A stretch of 64,000 nt of DNA from Lama glama (GCA_028534125.1 CM052817.1:9240001-9304000); one strand, 5' to 3'; shown: positions 36,042 to 50,047, numbered from the stretch's first letter. A program made the numbers and translations. The notes: a model not told the origin generated them from the sequence alone.

Positions 36042-39000
36042 GTAATTCATTTCTGTTTGCTATGGTATAACTGTTTCTAATTGGGTTTTACTGATCAATG
36101 TTATAATTAATTACCCCAGATTTATTATGCAATGTTTGGAAACTCACAAAAAAATTGCATTTTGATTTGAGCATTTGTCAAAGTTTTGAATCCTAAATAT
36201 CTTAACCTTTAAAATAATTTTCATACTAATATGGTTATTTAATTTTTTTCATTTTAAACTGTCCAAATTTTAACTATTTTTAAAGTTATTTGTGTATCTT
36301 TTAAAATAAACTTGCTATTTATAGTTTGCTTAAGAAATGTGTTTAATAAATACTAGTGAAGGTGACATGCAATATGATTTTTCTGCTTTCTCAATCTGTA
36401 ACTGTCTTATCTATGGTATATAATTTATAACTCTAGTTTATTAGTTTTGTGTTTGACCCAGGTAAAAATAACAAATACCAAGCATTATTGTTAACACTGA
36501 TATATAGAAATCATGTTACTAATATTTCTCTGTCTTCCAAGAATATAATCTTTTCTCCCTCCCTCTAACACCACGCACGCACGTGCACTCGCACACACGC
36601 ACTTTCTCTCTCCCACAAAAGTCTTCCCCTCAGAGTTCTGCTCTTAAGGAAAAGGCGAGGACTGTGTGACGCTGTACTATTCAGCTTCCTAGGAAAGCAG
36701 CTGACATTTTCTGGGCTTAAACTTAACTTATCTTTTCCATACAAAAATTGAGGTAGGGAAAATAGATGAGATGATGGGATGAGAAGGAGCAAAAGTAACT
36801 TCACACCACTAGCTTACCTTCTAAGTGACCAGTGATCGTACTATTTATATAGTTGTTGTAAGTGCCAACCTAAATAAAAGGATTTTCCTTGACCCCTAAA
36901 ATCTCCCTTGAGCTGTGGAAGAGAGTCAGTGATAATAGTGCCTTTTGATAAAGCTTATATATGGCCGGTGCTTCGGTTTCTTTTTATCTTGTCGTGAGTG
37001 TGTTTCTTTGAAAACAAACAAGCAAAATCATTTGTCACCATTGACCACAGAAACTAGTATTTGATATTTGTGAGTAGCATTTCCAGTTTTGTATTTCACA
37101 TTGCTGGAATGTAACTTCATTTTTAGAATCTGATCTCTTCAAATACTTCTCTGAATCTCTTGGTTCTTTAGTTTTCTAACTGAAAAATTAGAGGATATAG
37201 AAACTCAAAACTTAGAACACTAAAGCTGAATAACTTGCCAAAAATTGTTATTAACAATGAGAGAAAGGAGGGGTAAGTTGAAAATTTTAGTGCCTGTTTT
37301 CAGATCTATGGGTCATTAGTGATCTAATCCATAGATCTGAAATTTTCACTATGCTGTTTTAATATGGAGCTTCAATTCTTTTGAAAAAAAAAATCCATTT
37401 ACCAGTCTGTGATTTTTAGGTATTTTTGTAACTGTAGAGCAATTTAGGATTCTTTTCTTTTTACACACTTTTCATCTTTTAACCTTATTGATTTATACTT
37501 AATCTGCTTTGACATACTCCAATGTAAATATCATGACTTACAGAGTTCTTACGAGCAAAGTATAGGAAAGTCATGTTGTTTATCTTCTTTTATTTCAGTT
37601 CACCAATTGTAGACTGTGATTATACCATTAAGAAAAAGGGAAAAATTCTGCCTTTAGATAGGAAGTTGCTACTACTCATATACCTCTATCCTCTGGGAGC
37701 CATTAAGATTTCCTCTACTTTAGACCTGCCTCCCAGCATTGAAAGAAAGAAGATTTCTCACACGTGTTTAAGGCTTTTATTAGAAGCCATCTTTAGGGCA
37801 GAACTGACAGTGGTCACACTTATTTGGCTCAGTATAGGGGGATAACACCTGAATTTTCCTCTCAAATTGTATGACATTCGTAAATTTTTGTTTGGTCCTC
37901 TGTGAATAGTAGGAATCTGCTTTTAAAATTTTGGATTTGATAGTCAGATGAAAAGTATACCTATTAGAAATAGCTACTGAGAGATTTTATTTGAATTTGA
38001 AAGTACTTTAACACACTAAGTAATGACATTAAAAAACACACACACACACATACCAAAGGAATGACTCAGAAAGGGCTAGAAGTAGCCTGGCTCTCTTCCT
38101 ATTTTCTGCTTATTTTTTTCTTCTTTCTATGCTAGATGTTATGAGTACCACACTGATAACCTTTTAACTGCCAAGGACCCTTTTATGGGTTTCATGTTTT
38201 AGATTTGGTCTGTCAAAGAAAGTCCATTTATTCATTTATTTAGTCATTTTTCTCTTCCAAAAAAAAAATCTCATACACATCAGATCTGTTGATGTGAATA
38301 TGTCACACTGAGTTGACATATTTTTTGCCAAAAAATAAGACACTTCTCTTTGTGGTGGGTAGACAGTATTATTTTCCCAAGGCATTTTGACTTTATAGTC
38401 CAGTTTAGGAAGAACTATTTTTTCTTTTTACTCTTGTCACCTTTGACTTAACTTTAAGCCCAGGCACAGAGTAGCTGTTTTCATTTAAAACATTTCCTGC
38501 ATGACTGTAATAAAATCAAATTACTACCAAAATGAATTTATGTATTTTAGTATCCTTAATAATGTCAATATATATCTTTAAATCAAACTGGCTGTAGATG
38601 TTAATACATGAAATATAACTTAGAAATAACCAAAATTTAGTTATACTGAAAGTAGTTAAGAAAAAAAGATTTCTTTCCCTGCTTTTCAGTTGGAACCTGC
38701 CCCTACTCCTATGTATCTCTGTACCCTGGGAGCCATAAAGAGTTCTACTTCAGAGCTGCCTGGGGGCCAAGATTAGAAAGGAGGAGGACTCTCTCGTCTG
38801 TCTTTTTCATATATTGTCTGTTCAACGTTTATTCCGTTCTGAGAATGAACATACTGGTCTGGGGTTGGAGTAGGGTGGAGGTTGTGAAGGGAGGTGTGAA
38901 GTGTAACTTAAACTCCATCTCTTAACCTAAAATATTTCCATTATTGCAGTGTATCCTTTTAATAAAAGATTAAAGGACTGCTATATTCCAAAAGGAGTAA

Positions 39001-39345
39001 AAGTATATAGATTATTTTAAATACTAGAAATAAAGAACCTATTTTAGTTAGTAGTACTAAACACCACAAAGAAGTCTTTTCTAGCAGGGAAGCCCAAAGC
39101 TTTAGTTAGTCAATTTTAGTAGATTATATATGGAATGAGAAGATAAGAGAAATAATTTTAAAAGGAGTGAAATTATGGAAGTTCAACTAGAGAGGCTGGA
39201 TTTTGTTCACACTGTGTATGCGGTCATTCAGATTCATATGCTATAATGAAAAGGAACTAATTAATAATATAATATACCACGTATTACTTAAAAATTGACC
39301 TAGGATTTTCTGTGATTAGATTTAATTGAACTCATTTGACTTTTT

Positions 39346-39470
39346 TTGGTGGGGGGGGATTAGGTTTATTTATTTATTATTTTTTTTAGTTGAGGTACTG
39401 AAGATTGAACCCAGGACCCTGTGCATGTTAAGCATGTACTCTACCACTAAACTATACCTTCCTTCCCCCA
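39346..39470 (-). mobile_element. tRNA-derived SINE (camelid Vic-1-like), antisense, with TSD
   Basis: Reverse complement reads GGTATAGTTTAGTGGTAGAGTACATGCTTAACATGCACAGGGTCCTGGGTTCAATCTTCAGTACCTC; flanked by AACTC(A/T)TTTGACTTTT at ~39329 and ~39471. Confidence 0.85.
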
Positions 39471-39599
39471 AACTCTTTTGACTTTTTAACAGTCTTGTGA
39501 AGTAGCCAGAGTAAGTGTATATCCCCTAATATCACCACTACCAAATCCTTTTAGGACAAAATCAAAATTGAAATTTTTTATCTTTGATAAATACTTTTT

Positions 39600-40092
39600 T
39601 CACATTTTTTTGAATTATACTTTGCATACAATATTATATTATTTTCATATGTACAACATAGTGATTCAATATTTTTTGCATTACAAAATGGTCGCCATAA
39701 GTCTAATAACCATCGATCACGTAGAAAAGTTATAACAGTATCATTGACTCTGCTCCCTATGCCTTACATTACATCTCTGTGACTTACTTATTTTACAACT
39801 GAAAGTTGATATCTTTTAATCCCTTTTACCTTTTCTTTCATCCCCAACTTCCCTCCCCCTGGCAACCTCCAGTTTGTTCTCTGTATCTATGAGTTTGTTT
39901 CTGTTTTGTTTTGTTTATTCATTTTGTGTATTTTGTGTTGTTTTTTCAGATTCCACTTGTAAGTGAAATCATGCAGCATCTGTCTTTCTCTGACTTACTT
40001 CACTTAACGTAGTACCTTCTAGGTCATCCATGTTATCGCAGATGGCAAGATTCCATTCTTTTTTGTGGCTGAGTAATATTTCATACATACAT

Positions 40093-40126
<34 letters not shown>

Positions 40127-41606
40127 CACATCCTCTTTATCCATTCATCCATCGATGGACACTTAGGTTATTTCCATCCATATCTTTTATATTGTAAATA
40201 ATGCTGCAGTAAACGTAGGGGTACATAAATATCTTTTCAAATTTGTGTTTTTTCATTTTCTTCAGCTAATACTCAGAAGTAGAATTGCTGGATTGTATGG
40301 CAGTTTTGTTTTTAATTTTTTGAGGAAATCTCTTTACTGTTCCTCATAGTGGTTCCATCAGTTTATATTCCCACCATCAGTGCATAAGGGTTCCCTTTTC
40401 TCCACATGCATGCCAATATTTGTTATTTCCTGTGTTTTTGATAATAGGCATTCTGACAGGTGTGAGTTGGTATCTCACCATGGTTTTGATCAGCATTTAT
40501 CTGATGATTACTGATGTTGAGTATCTTTTTGTGTGTCAGCTGGCCGTCTGTATCTTATCTGGGAAAAAGTGTCTATTCAGGTACTCTGCTTATTTTTTAA
40601 TTGGTTCTTTTTGGAGGTATATTGAGTTGTATAAGTTCTTTATATATTTTGACTATCAACCCCTTATTGGATATATCATTTGCAAATATCATCTCCCATT
40701 CAGTTGATTGCCTTTTCAGTTGTTTTGTTGATGGTTTCCTTCACTGTGCAAAGCGTTTTAGTTTAATGTGGTCCCTTTTGTTTTTGCTTTTGTTGTCTTT
40801 GCCTGAGGAGACATATTCAAAAAAATATATTGCTAAGACCCATGTCAGAGAGCTCACTGCTTATTTTCCTTCTAGGAGTTTTATGGTTTTAGGTCTTACA
40901 CTAAGTCTTTAAGTCATTTTGAGTTTATTTTAGTGTACAGTGTGAGAAAGTAGTCCAGTTAGATTCTTTTTGTGTAACTGTTCAATTTTCTGAGCACCAT
41001 TTATTGAAGCAGCTGTCTTTTCCCATTGTATATTTTTGCTTTCTTTGTCATACAGATTAATTGACCATATAAGCGTGGGTTTATTTCTGGGTTCTCTGTT
41101 CTGTTCCATTGATCTTTGTGTCTGTTTCTGTGCCAGTGCTGTACTGTTTTGATTACTGTAGCTTTGTAGTACAGTTTGAAATCAGGGAGCATGATACTTC
41201 ATGCTTTATTCTTCTTTGTCAAGATTGCTTTGACTATTCAGGGTCTTTTGTGGTTCCATACAAACGTTAGGATTATTTGTTCTAATTGTGTGAAAAATGC
41301 CGTTGGTATTTTAATAAGAATTGCAGTGAATCTGTAGCTTGCTTTGGGTAGTTTGGATATTTTAACAATATTAGTTCCTCCAATCCATGAGCACAGCATA
41401 TCTTTCCATTTATTTGTGTCATTTTCAGTTTCTTTCCTCAGTCTTACAGTTCTCAGAGTATAGGTCTTTCACCTCCTTGGTTAAGTTTATTCCTAGGTAT
41501 TTTATTCTTTTTGATGTGATTGTCCTTGGGAGTTTCCTGTCTTTCTCTTTCTGATAATTCATTATTAGTATGTAGAAATGCAACAGATTTTGTGTATTAA
41601 TTTTTT
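39600..41606 (-). mobile_element. 5'-truncated L1 LINE (~2 kb; ORF2 C-terminal region plus 3'UTR), antisense to CPEB2
   Basis: ORF 41001-41192(-) [34 protein letters not shown] is classic L1 ORF2; L1 3'UTR phrases at 39600-40200; internal (CATA)7(CA)8 at 40082-40125. Confidence 0.93.
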
Positions 41607-41673
41607 GCGAACTATCAGAGAACGGGCAAAATCTTCAAAGCATGAAAAAAGCCAGGGTAATACTATCTATAAA

Positions 41674-41885
41674 CAGGGTCAGGAAACTATAACCTGCAAG
41701 CCATGCCTCTTATTTTTTTAAACCAAGTTTTATTAGAACACAGCCATGCCTGTTTATTTGCTTTTTGTCTGGTTGCTTTGGAGCTACAATGATGAACAGT
41801 TAAGTAGTTGCAGCAGAGAACCTGTGGCCTCCAAGTATAAAATATTTACTATCTGACCCTTTATAGAAAAAATTTGCCAGCCCCT
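41674..41885. mobile_element. MER58A-like hAT-Charlie DNA transposon
   Basis: Termini CAGGGTCAGGAAAC... and ...TTTGCCAGCCCCT; 'ttttattagaacacagccatgcc' and 'aaaatatttactatctgaccctttatagaaaaa'. Confidence 0.8.
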
Positions 41886-43769
41886 CCTCCTTGAAGAGAG
41901 TAACTCCACCTACTCCATACCTATACCTAGCTGTACCAACTTTTAAAAGAAATAAAATTTGAGTGAACAACTAGAAATTAATTTACAAAGACGTATAGAC
42001 TACTAGGTTTTAGTTGATTTTTTACATATTCTATTGATTCTTCATGAGAAAAGGAGAAGCCTATTATTGGAGCAAAATATTTTAAGTAATAAATATACTT
42101 TATTGCTCCTGTCTCAGTTCCTTGGAAAAACATGCTGATAGTTATTCTGTGTGATTAAACAGGTGGTACTTGAAAGAGGTCAATATTGGACCTACTTCTC
42201 TTGTTTTGATAGTTTTTCTTTAATCCTTGCATATGAAATAAAACTCATGCCATCACACTGGTGAGTTATTTAACCCTATAGAGTGGCTGCTGGGATCCTG
42301 GAAGATGGGAAGAATATTCATATTTATCTTTAATTAATAATAGTTTTGTATATGCTTTTATTTTTAAAACAATCAGCAAATAAAAGTGCAGGTTGTACAT
42401 TGAGATCAAAGAATCGTGCTTACCTTTAAGCTACAAATTGACTAATTTTGCAGAAATGTTTTCTTTTCCTCTCCTGCCTCCTCCCACTGATATGTTGGGA
42501 AATGTCTTTATTTTGGACTTCCAGAATAAGGCTAAAATCTGAAAAGCCAAGTATGATTATTAATGTTTGGGCATATTAGCATAGCCACCAGAGTCAGAGT
42601 TAGTGATTGCCCATTATTTCTCTGGCTGCATCCATGTGTCCTGCACACACAAGGAGACCAGATGTGAGGGCTGTAACCACCAGTCTGTCGTACAAGCATA
42701 TTCATAAGTTCATCTCTAGCTCCGTCTTCAGTTTAGAATGCTCACAGTATAGTTTTTATTATTGATTGTATAGAGCAGCAGTTTTTATAGAGATACAGAA
42801 AAGTTCCAAACCTTCTCTAATCATTTTATTGTATTTTGAAGTGAGTAATTTAAATCATGATTAACCATCACAGATGAGGCTCATATTTACAGTGGTTGCT
42901 GTTTTCCTCACTATAAAATCTTTGCCAATTTTCTGTTTTGGGAGAAGGTATATTTTTAGTCCTGTTACAGGAACACACATTCTGTAATGTTGCCTTCATC
43001 TTGGAAGGATCTTGGTGACCTGTTAAAAGAGCCCTGGCTACATGGCCGCCATCTCAAACTGATTAGCAATGACTAGATAGTATTGTATATTCCTTTTTGC
43101 TCTTTCATCTCATTTTATTCCTCTATCTATAATCCTTATTGTAACCACCATTTTATCTTTAAAAATTCTATTGCACATCTTTGATGGCTAACTTAATGTA
43201 AGCCAATTTACTTGAATTTGTGTTTGTGAGTAGGGCTTGTGAGCACATAGTTAACACCTCATTTCTTCTACATTTTACCTTAATATGGCCTTTGAAATGT
43301 TTCTGTGCTTTTGCTCAAGCAAATATCTTCTGCCTACGATGCTTTTTCCCTCTCTTTGCTCCTCTACCCTTTTCTGTCTAAAATTTTTCAGTTTGTTTTA
43401 AGTCTCTTAAAGAACCCTTAATTAGAATCCCACTCTAATCTTTGTTGACTGAGCTCATATTACATTGTATTAATTCTCATATTTTCTATTTGTACCTTAT
43501 CCTATTATAAAACTTTAATTTGCCTTTCATTTGTATGTATGTATATTTATATACATGTGTGTGTGTGTATATATATGTATATATACATGTTATATAGACA
43601 AGAGTCCATGTGCATACATTTTTAGTTTATTTCACAGTAATATATAGAGAATATTAATGAAGTGTTTGGTGTCAAGATCAAGTGATAATTTCTAAAATAA
43701 AAAACTTACCAATTCAAACGGTGCAACTCCAATTACATTTTAAAATTGTTTTGACCATGGAGCTTGCTA

Positions 43770-43990
43770 ATCAGTATCCTTAGGGTTTGTCTGTTGCTGA
43801 TTTTAACAGCATGGAAATCTCAGGTTTAAGATTATTTTCTGGAAGGTGGGGCTTCAGCCGTTTTGGCAAGTCACTCAGTTGTTCTGGGTCTCTCCCTTGT
43901 ATATATGTTATTCAAATTTTGTTTTATTTAAAGAAATTATTTTTCTGGAGGAATGAAAACACCCTAATACTTGTGGTAAGAGCCTCAGGA
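43770..43990 (+). mobile_element. Probable ERV LTR fragment
   Basis: 'gtcactcagttgttctgggtctctcccttgtatatatgttattcaaattttg' resembles the R/U5 region of an LTR; recognition only. Confidence 0.4.
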
Positions 43991-44154
43991 ACAACCGTAT
44001 CATCTCTTCTTTTAAAAGAAGAAAACATTTTTTAAATTTCATAAGTAATTCCCTCTACATATTTATAAATTTCAGTCTCAGAATTAAGAGAAATTATAAG
44101 ATGACTGTTTCTTTGTATAGAAATCATAGAAAAGAGAAATTAATATCTGTAGTT

Positions 44155-44306
44155 ATTCTTTTTATTGATAACTAGAATCATTGTATGAAATTATACCACA
44201 ATTTGTTTATCCATTTCCCTATCAATGGACATTTGAGTTGTTTTCTATCTGGGGCCTATTGTGGCTAAAACTGCCATGAACATTTTTGTTCTCTTTTTCT
44301 TTTCTG

Positions 44307-44345
<39 letters not shown>

Positions 44346-46500
44346 ATAAGCACTGATTTTTTTTTTGTACATATAACTAAGAGTGGAATATTTGGTTCAT
44401 AGAGTAAGTATATGTTTAACTTTTTAGAAACTACCAAGCAGTTTCCCAGTTTTATACGCCAACATGTAGATGGTGTCTCGTTACGGTTCTAATCTGTGTC
44501 TTCCTGATGGCTAAGGATGATGTTAAAGCACCTTTTCACATGCTTATCACCCATTCTGTTACAGTCTTTATAAAGTGGCAGTGCAGTCTTTTGTCCATTT
44601 GTTTAATTCAGTTATTTGTATTCATTTATGACAGTTCTTTATGTATTTTGTCCTATTTTCTATTAGTTGCTTGTCTTTTCATTTTATTAACAGTATCTCT
44701 TGATAAGCAGAAAAATATTTAATCCTAATGGAGGTCCAGTTTTCTTTCATCATCAGTGCAGTTTGGTCCTAAGAAATTGCCTATCCCCAAATATCATGGA
44801 GAAATCCTTAGGAGCTGTGTTGTTTTAGCTTTCACATGTAAGTCTATCATCCTTCTTGAATTTGTTGTTGTGTACTGTGTAATAATAGGGATCAAAGCTC
44901 TTTCCCTTCCCCCAATTGGATATCCATTGCTCCACCACCATCTAAAAGGTGAAAAGAAAAAAAATCTTCCTTTCCATATTGAATTGCATTGGTATTTTTG
45001 AAAAACAGCAAGTGATGTATATGTGTGATTCTATTTCTGGACTCCATTTTGTTCCACTTATATCCTCCAACATGGTTTTTTATGCGATTTTTTAAAAAAA
45101 TATTTTGAATCCTTTGATTTACCATAAGTTTTAGAACTTGCTTGTGAATTTCTGTAAGACAGAATGTGCTGGAGGTTTTAATGAGATTGTATTAAATCTA
45201 TAGATAAAATAATCTGGAGAGAATTTACATCTCACTTGTTCATTTCTTCTTTCTATCCATTTATTTTGATTTTTTAAAAGTTCTCAGGAAATTTTTGTCA
45301 TTTGTCAAATTTCCCAGGAAATTTTTTCAGGAGGTCTTTACGTATCTTCTCTTCAGTTTTATTACTAAGTGTTTTGAGTTTTGATGACATGGGAATGGTG
45401 ATATTTTTATTTTTTCCCAATTGTTTATTAGTGTTGTTTAGAAATAAACTGATTTTTGTAAGTTGACTTTGCTTTTGTTCCCTAGCTAAATGTACTTATT
45501 TCCGTTAGCTTGATTCTGAATTTTCCATATACAGTCATGTTCTTAGCAATAAAGACAGTTTTATTTTCTTCCTTTCAAATATTTGAAACTTTTTCTCGTC
45601 CTATTGTGTACTTGTTCTACCTTCAGTATAATGTTGAATAAAAACAGTGAGAGGTAAACATCCTTCCAAACTTCAAAAGGAAAACATTGGATAGTTTATC
45701 ATTAAAATTGTAAACACTGGTTTTTTACTCTTTATCAGACTGAGGAAATTCCCATCTATTCCTAGTTTGCTGAGAGTTTTTTTTTTTTAATCATGTTGAA
45801 TTTTGTCAGATGTATTTCTTACGTCTGTGGAATTGTTTGTATGGTATTTCTATTCCTTCTGTTAATGTGGTGAATTATAGTAATTTTCACATGTCAATCA
45901 GTCTTAACATTCCTGGGATGAATCCCACTTAATCATGATGAATTTCCCATTTTTATTATTTCTGGATTCAATCTGTCAATATTTTCTTTAGAATTTTTGC
46001 CTCTGTTTCATGAGAGTGTATTGGTAGTGTATTGCTTTCTGAATGTTCTTGTCAGGTTTTAGTATCAAGTTTGCCCAACAAATTAGAAAATTTAGCCTTT
46101 AAGTATCCATACGTTCTGTGTTGATTGATATTTCCCTTTTCATACTTAAGATTGGTAATTTTACTTTTCTTTTTTATTCGTGAACTTGATGAACTTTGCT
46201 TTGAGATATAATTGATTTTTTAAGTTTTCAAAGAGCCAACTTTTGCCTTTATTGATTTTTTTCCATGTTAGTTTGTTTCTTATGTCATTGATTTTAGTTT
46301 ATTTCCTTGATCCTACTCTGTATTTAATTTATTATTAATTATCTTTTTGTGCTGAAAACTAGGATTATTTATTTTAAGCATTTGTTTCCTAATATGCATT
46401 TGAAATTATAAATTTTCCTCTAAGTATGAGAAATTTCCTCTAAGTATATAGCTTTTGCTACATACGACAGATTTTATATTGTGATTTCATTATCATTCCC
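44155..46500 (-). mobile_element. Old, decayed L1 fragment
   Basis: Antisense L1 phrases: 'taccacaatttgtttatccatt...atggacatttgagttgtttt', 'gaggaaattcccatctattcctagtttgctgagagtttt', 'ttttcaaagagccaactttt'. Confidence 0.8.
44311..44342. repeat. (TG)16 microsatellite
   Basis: Pure TG run. Confidence 0.95.
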
Positions 46501-49500
46501 TTTCATTCTTTTGAGATGTAAAAACCTGAAAATATATCCTAGTTTCAGAGCAAAAAAGGAGAAAGGTAGTTTAATTTTGGTTGTAAATATTTTAGTTCAA
46601 ATCACTTCATGATCAAATTCTATTTTTCTCAACACATAATTTTACGTTTATTGACCTTCATTTTCATCCATCATTCTTACGAAGTATGCTTAAAGTACAT
46701 GAAAGACATAATTATTTAGTGGTTCTTTTATAGTCACATTAATTTGGGTTATAAGGAAGGATATTTGAAAGGTGAAAAATAATATTTTTGTTGATGATTT
46801 CATTTAGTTAACTCCTCTCTTAAATGAGTATTTAACTTTATAGCTTTTATGACTTTTAGAAAAAAAGTGGTCATGATTTTCTAGCAATGAAAATTGCTGG
46901 TACGGCGGTGTGTAACATATTCCTAGACTTTCAATAGCATCCTTTGTTCAGCTAAACTTTATTTAACAGATTTTAGACACATAGATTATAGATTTTTGAT
47001 GGTTACTTTCCTAACGGTAGTATTCATTATAGTTAGAAATATTATTACATTTAGTAATATAGAATAATTATTAAAATATAGTTATAGTATGAATATACTC
47101 TCAGTATTATAATTAACAAAAAAGTTTCTAAGTCACTTTTTGGGTCATTACTCTTTCTAACATTGCTTATATAATGGTTTTCTTTGTCACTGCATTCAGT
47201 ATTTCTATTTAAGTACTGGCATGTCTGAAATAAGTATAAAATTTGGATTTGTCATTTTTTAATCAAAGACTAGTTAATATGCTTATTGTTTCTCTACCTC
47301 ATCTAATTCCTCTTTAAATATAGAATTATTTACCTGAAGTCCAACCTTTGAAAGTTGAACCAGTTATTCATAATTAATACTACTTTTGATGGATCTTGAT
47401 GACGTTCATTTTGTTAAGTAAAATAGTTTCATTTTGAAGAGCTTTGTTTCTATTAATTACAAAGAATATTGACACTTGTTTTTCACTAGACCTTATTCCT
47501 GATAGCAAAGGTATTGGGAAAGTTAAACATTCAGAGTTAGTCAGTGAACATGGATGGGTATCTTTCAGAACAACTTCAGTTTGAATCTGCAGAATAATTT
47601 CTGTTTCCTATACCAGATATGATCTTTCTCCCTGTTTTTGGTCTTATAAACTTAAAATTCTTATTTCTAACATCTAGCTTGCTGTAGTTCACAGACATGT
47701 AGTCCCGTGCTTCCCACCCCTACCCCAGTTCTATGCAGTCCATCACATTTCAGATTGTCTTTGTTTTTATCACTTGCACCATTATATACCATACTTTTCA
47801 AGATGGTAACACATTAATGACACTTTATGTTGAACATTCATTACTTGTATATAATAAGACATATGCTATAAATTACATGCATTGTCTCCTCATTAAAAAA
47901 AATTCTTCACTTCAGCTTGAGAAAAAGAACTTGTCTAAATTCTTATTTTCTCTTTTTTTGTCTCTAAACTTCTTTGATGTCTGTACTTCATGAAACTCTG
48001 CATGCAACTTTACTAATAGTGTCACCTTCAAAGATCATGTATGTCCTCAAACAAATTGTCATTTTTCTTTAATCAGTTTCTTAACATTTCACACATTTTA
48101 CATTATTACTTTGTTGCTTTTTTTTTCCCTTTCTTTACATTATTTTCCTTTGGTGCTATATCACAGTAATATTTTGGCATCCCACTTAAACTTTTCTTAC
48201 CATTACTTTCAGAATTTCTGTGACTGTTCCATTTCTTCCTTGTAAGTTTCCCAAGGGACTGTCGTCATTATTTATATCTGGAGTTTTTGTAAGTGGTATT
48301 ACAAAGAACCTTAAACTACCACCTCTGTGAAATTGACACCAAATTATTTTCTCAGAAATGTGGCCTTTTCCTTAATGCACTCCATTTGCAACTTCCTACC
48401 ATTTACTTCTGAATATCCCATCAGCATGTGAAACTTCACATCTAAAACATATTTCCCTTTCTTGTAGCAGTTTCTGGTCTTTATTATCCTTATATTAATT
48501 TAGTTAATGATTCTTATCATTCATGATCTAAAATCTTCTTTTGGTTCCTCCTTTCCATTCTTTTTTCTGTTTTGTTTACCATCTACTTTTTATTACTGCA
48601 ATTATCTCTGTTGTCCATCCTTCCTGAATTTTTTGAAAGACTTCTAATTTTTTCGTTTCCAGCCACCTTAACCGTATTGCTAAAATAAATCTTCCCAAAA
48701 CACAAGAAAAATTATAATCTTGCTTGAACCCGTGTCCATTTTTTTTCTATCACCTACTAAATAAAATGTCTCCTTTAGTCTTGCATCTGAAGCTAAGTAT
48801 TCTGGCTAGCCTCAGAGTACTTTTCTAGCTTTTATTCTCCTTACTTCCAACATGTTTCAGCCAACCTTGGCTACTCCCTATTCATCTTCCTACTTTCTCT
48901 GACATTTCTCCTTGCACTTGAAAAATGTATTCAAAACCATGCTCTTACAAATTTATTTCTACTTAGGAATTTCCTACCCTTTCTAACACCCTCAGTGATA
49001 AGTACCACTGCCTTTCCCGTTTTACCACAAATGCTCTCCAGTTCCACTTGGGAATTTAAGAAGTTACCCATTTATTAGCTAGATTACGCACTTCCTCCAA
49101 CATACTCCCTCTGAAGTACATTATAAAGTTTTCATAAGATATGTGCCATAGTTACATGTATAGATCTTATCTTTTCTAAATGAATATTTCTTGAGAGCAG
49201 AGGACTGCATTTTACTAGATCGTTTTATTTTATTTTATTTTTTTGACCCCCTCAGAATCTAGCATCAGGATTGCTGCAGAGTATTATACAGGACGTGCCT
49301 GTACGGGGGTACCACCCCTAAAGGGTGGGCTCGGATGGGGGCTGAAGTCCTAGAGAAGATGATGTTTTCTGTTTTGCACATGTGCAGAAACCCTGGCTAC
49401 CTTTTCGTATACTTGGCACACACGTAATAAATTAATTCAAGATCTTATGTGCAAGTATTACTTGTTGCCTTTGTCCTTACTATAGTCTGTAAGTGGGTTT

Positions 49501-49876
49501 TTATTGTCTTCTTGTCTGTTTAGTTCGTGTCATTTCTTTCTGCCACCAATTTCTAAAAGGATTCTCCTGTTACGCATCCAGTCTAACCATCCCCATACAT
49601 CAGATTCTTGCTGCTTTCCTTAAAAAATTGAAGTGATCTAGTATTTGTTTGTGATATAATTGTCATATGACTATGTTTATTTCTAAGTCATTCTTCAAAC
49701 AGCTTCTCTTCTTGAATCCAGGTAATTAAAACTTTAAACTATCTGAATTTTCCTTAATTTTTTATGCTTATGTCACCTTTATTTTTAAGCCTTTGAATTT
49801 GTTGTTGCTATTTTATGCCTGACTTTATCATTTTCTTAGACCTGACACTCAAGTCATATTTGTTCTTATATTTTAG

Positions 49877-50047
49877 GTCGGTCTTCCCTCTTTCCCATTG
49901 ATGATGGCTTGCTGGATGATGGTCATAATGACCAAGTTGGTGTTTTAAATTCACCCACATGTTACTCAGCTCATCAAAATGGAGAGCGAATAGAACGTTT
50001 CTCTCGAAAAGTTTTTGTTGGTGGTCTTCCTCCAGATATTGATGAAG
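49877..50047 (+). CDS. CPEB2: CPEB2 coding exon 7 (171 nt, GRSSLFPIDD...RKVFVGGLPPDIDE; start of RRM1)
   Basis: tattttag|GT CGG TCT; donor GAA G|gtaaaa; RNP2 motif VFVGGL. Confidence 0.98.

Noticed and set aside
40420..41192. Intact or active L1
   Set aside because: 5'-truncated at ~2 kb with a fragmented ORF2 and no ORF1 or promoter.
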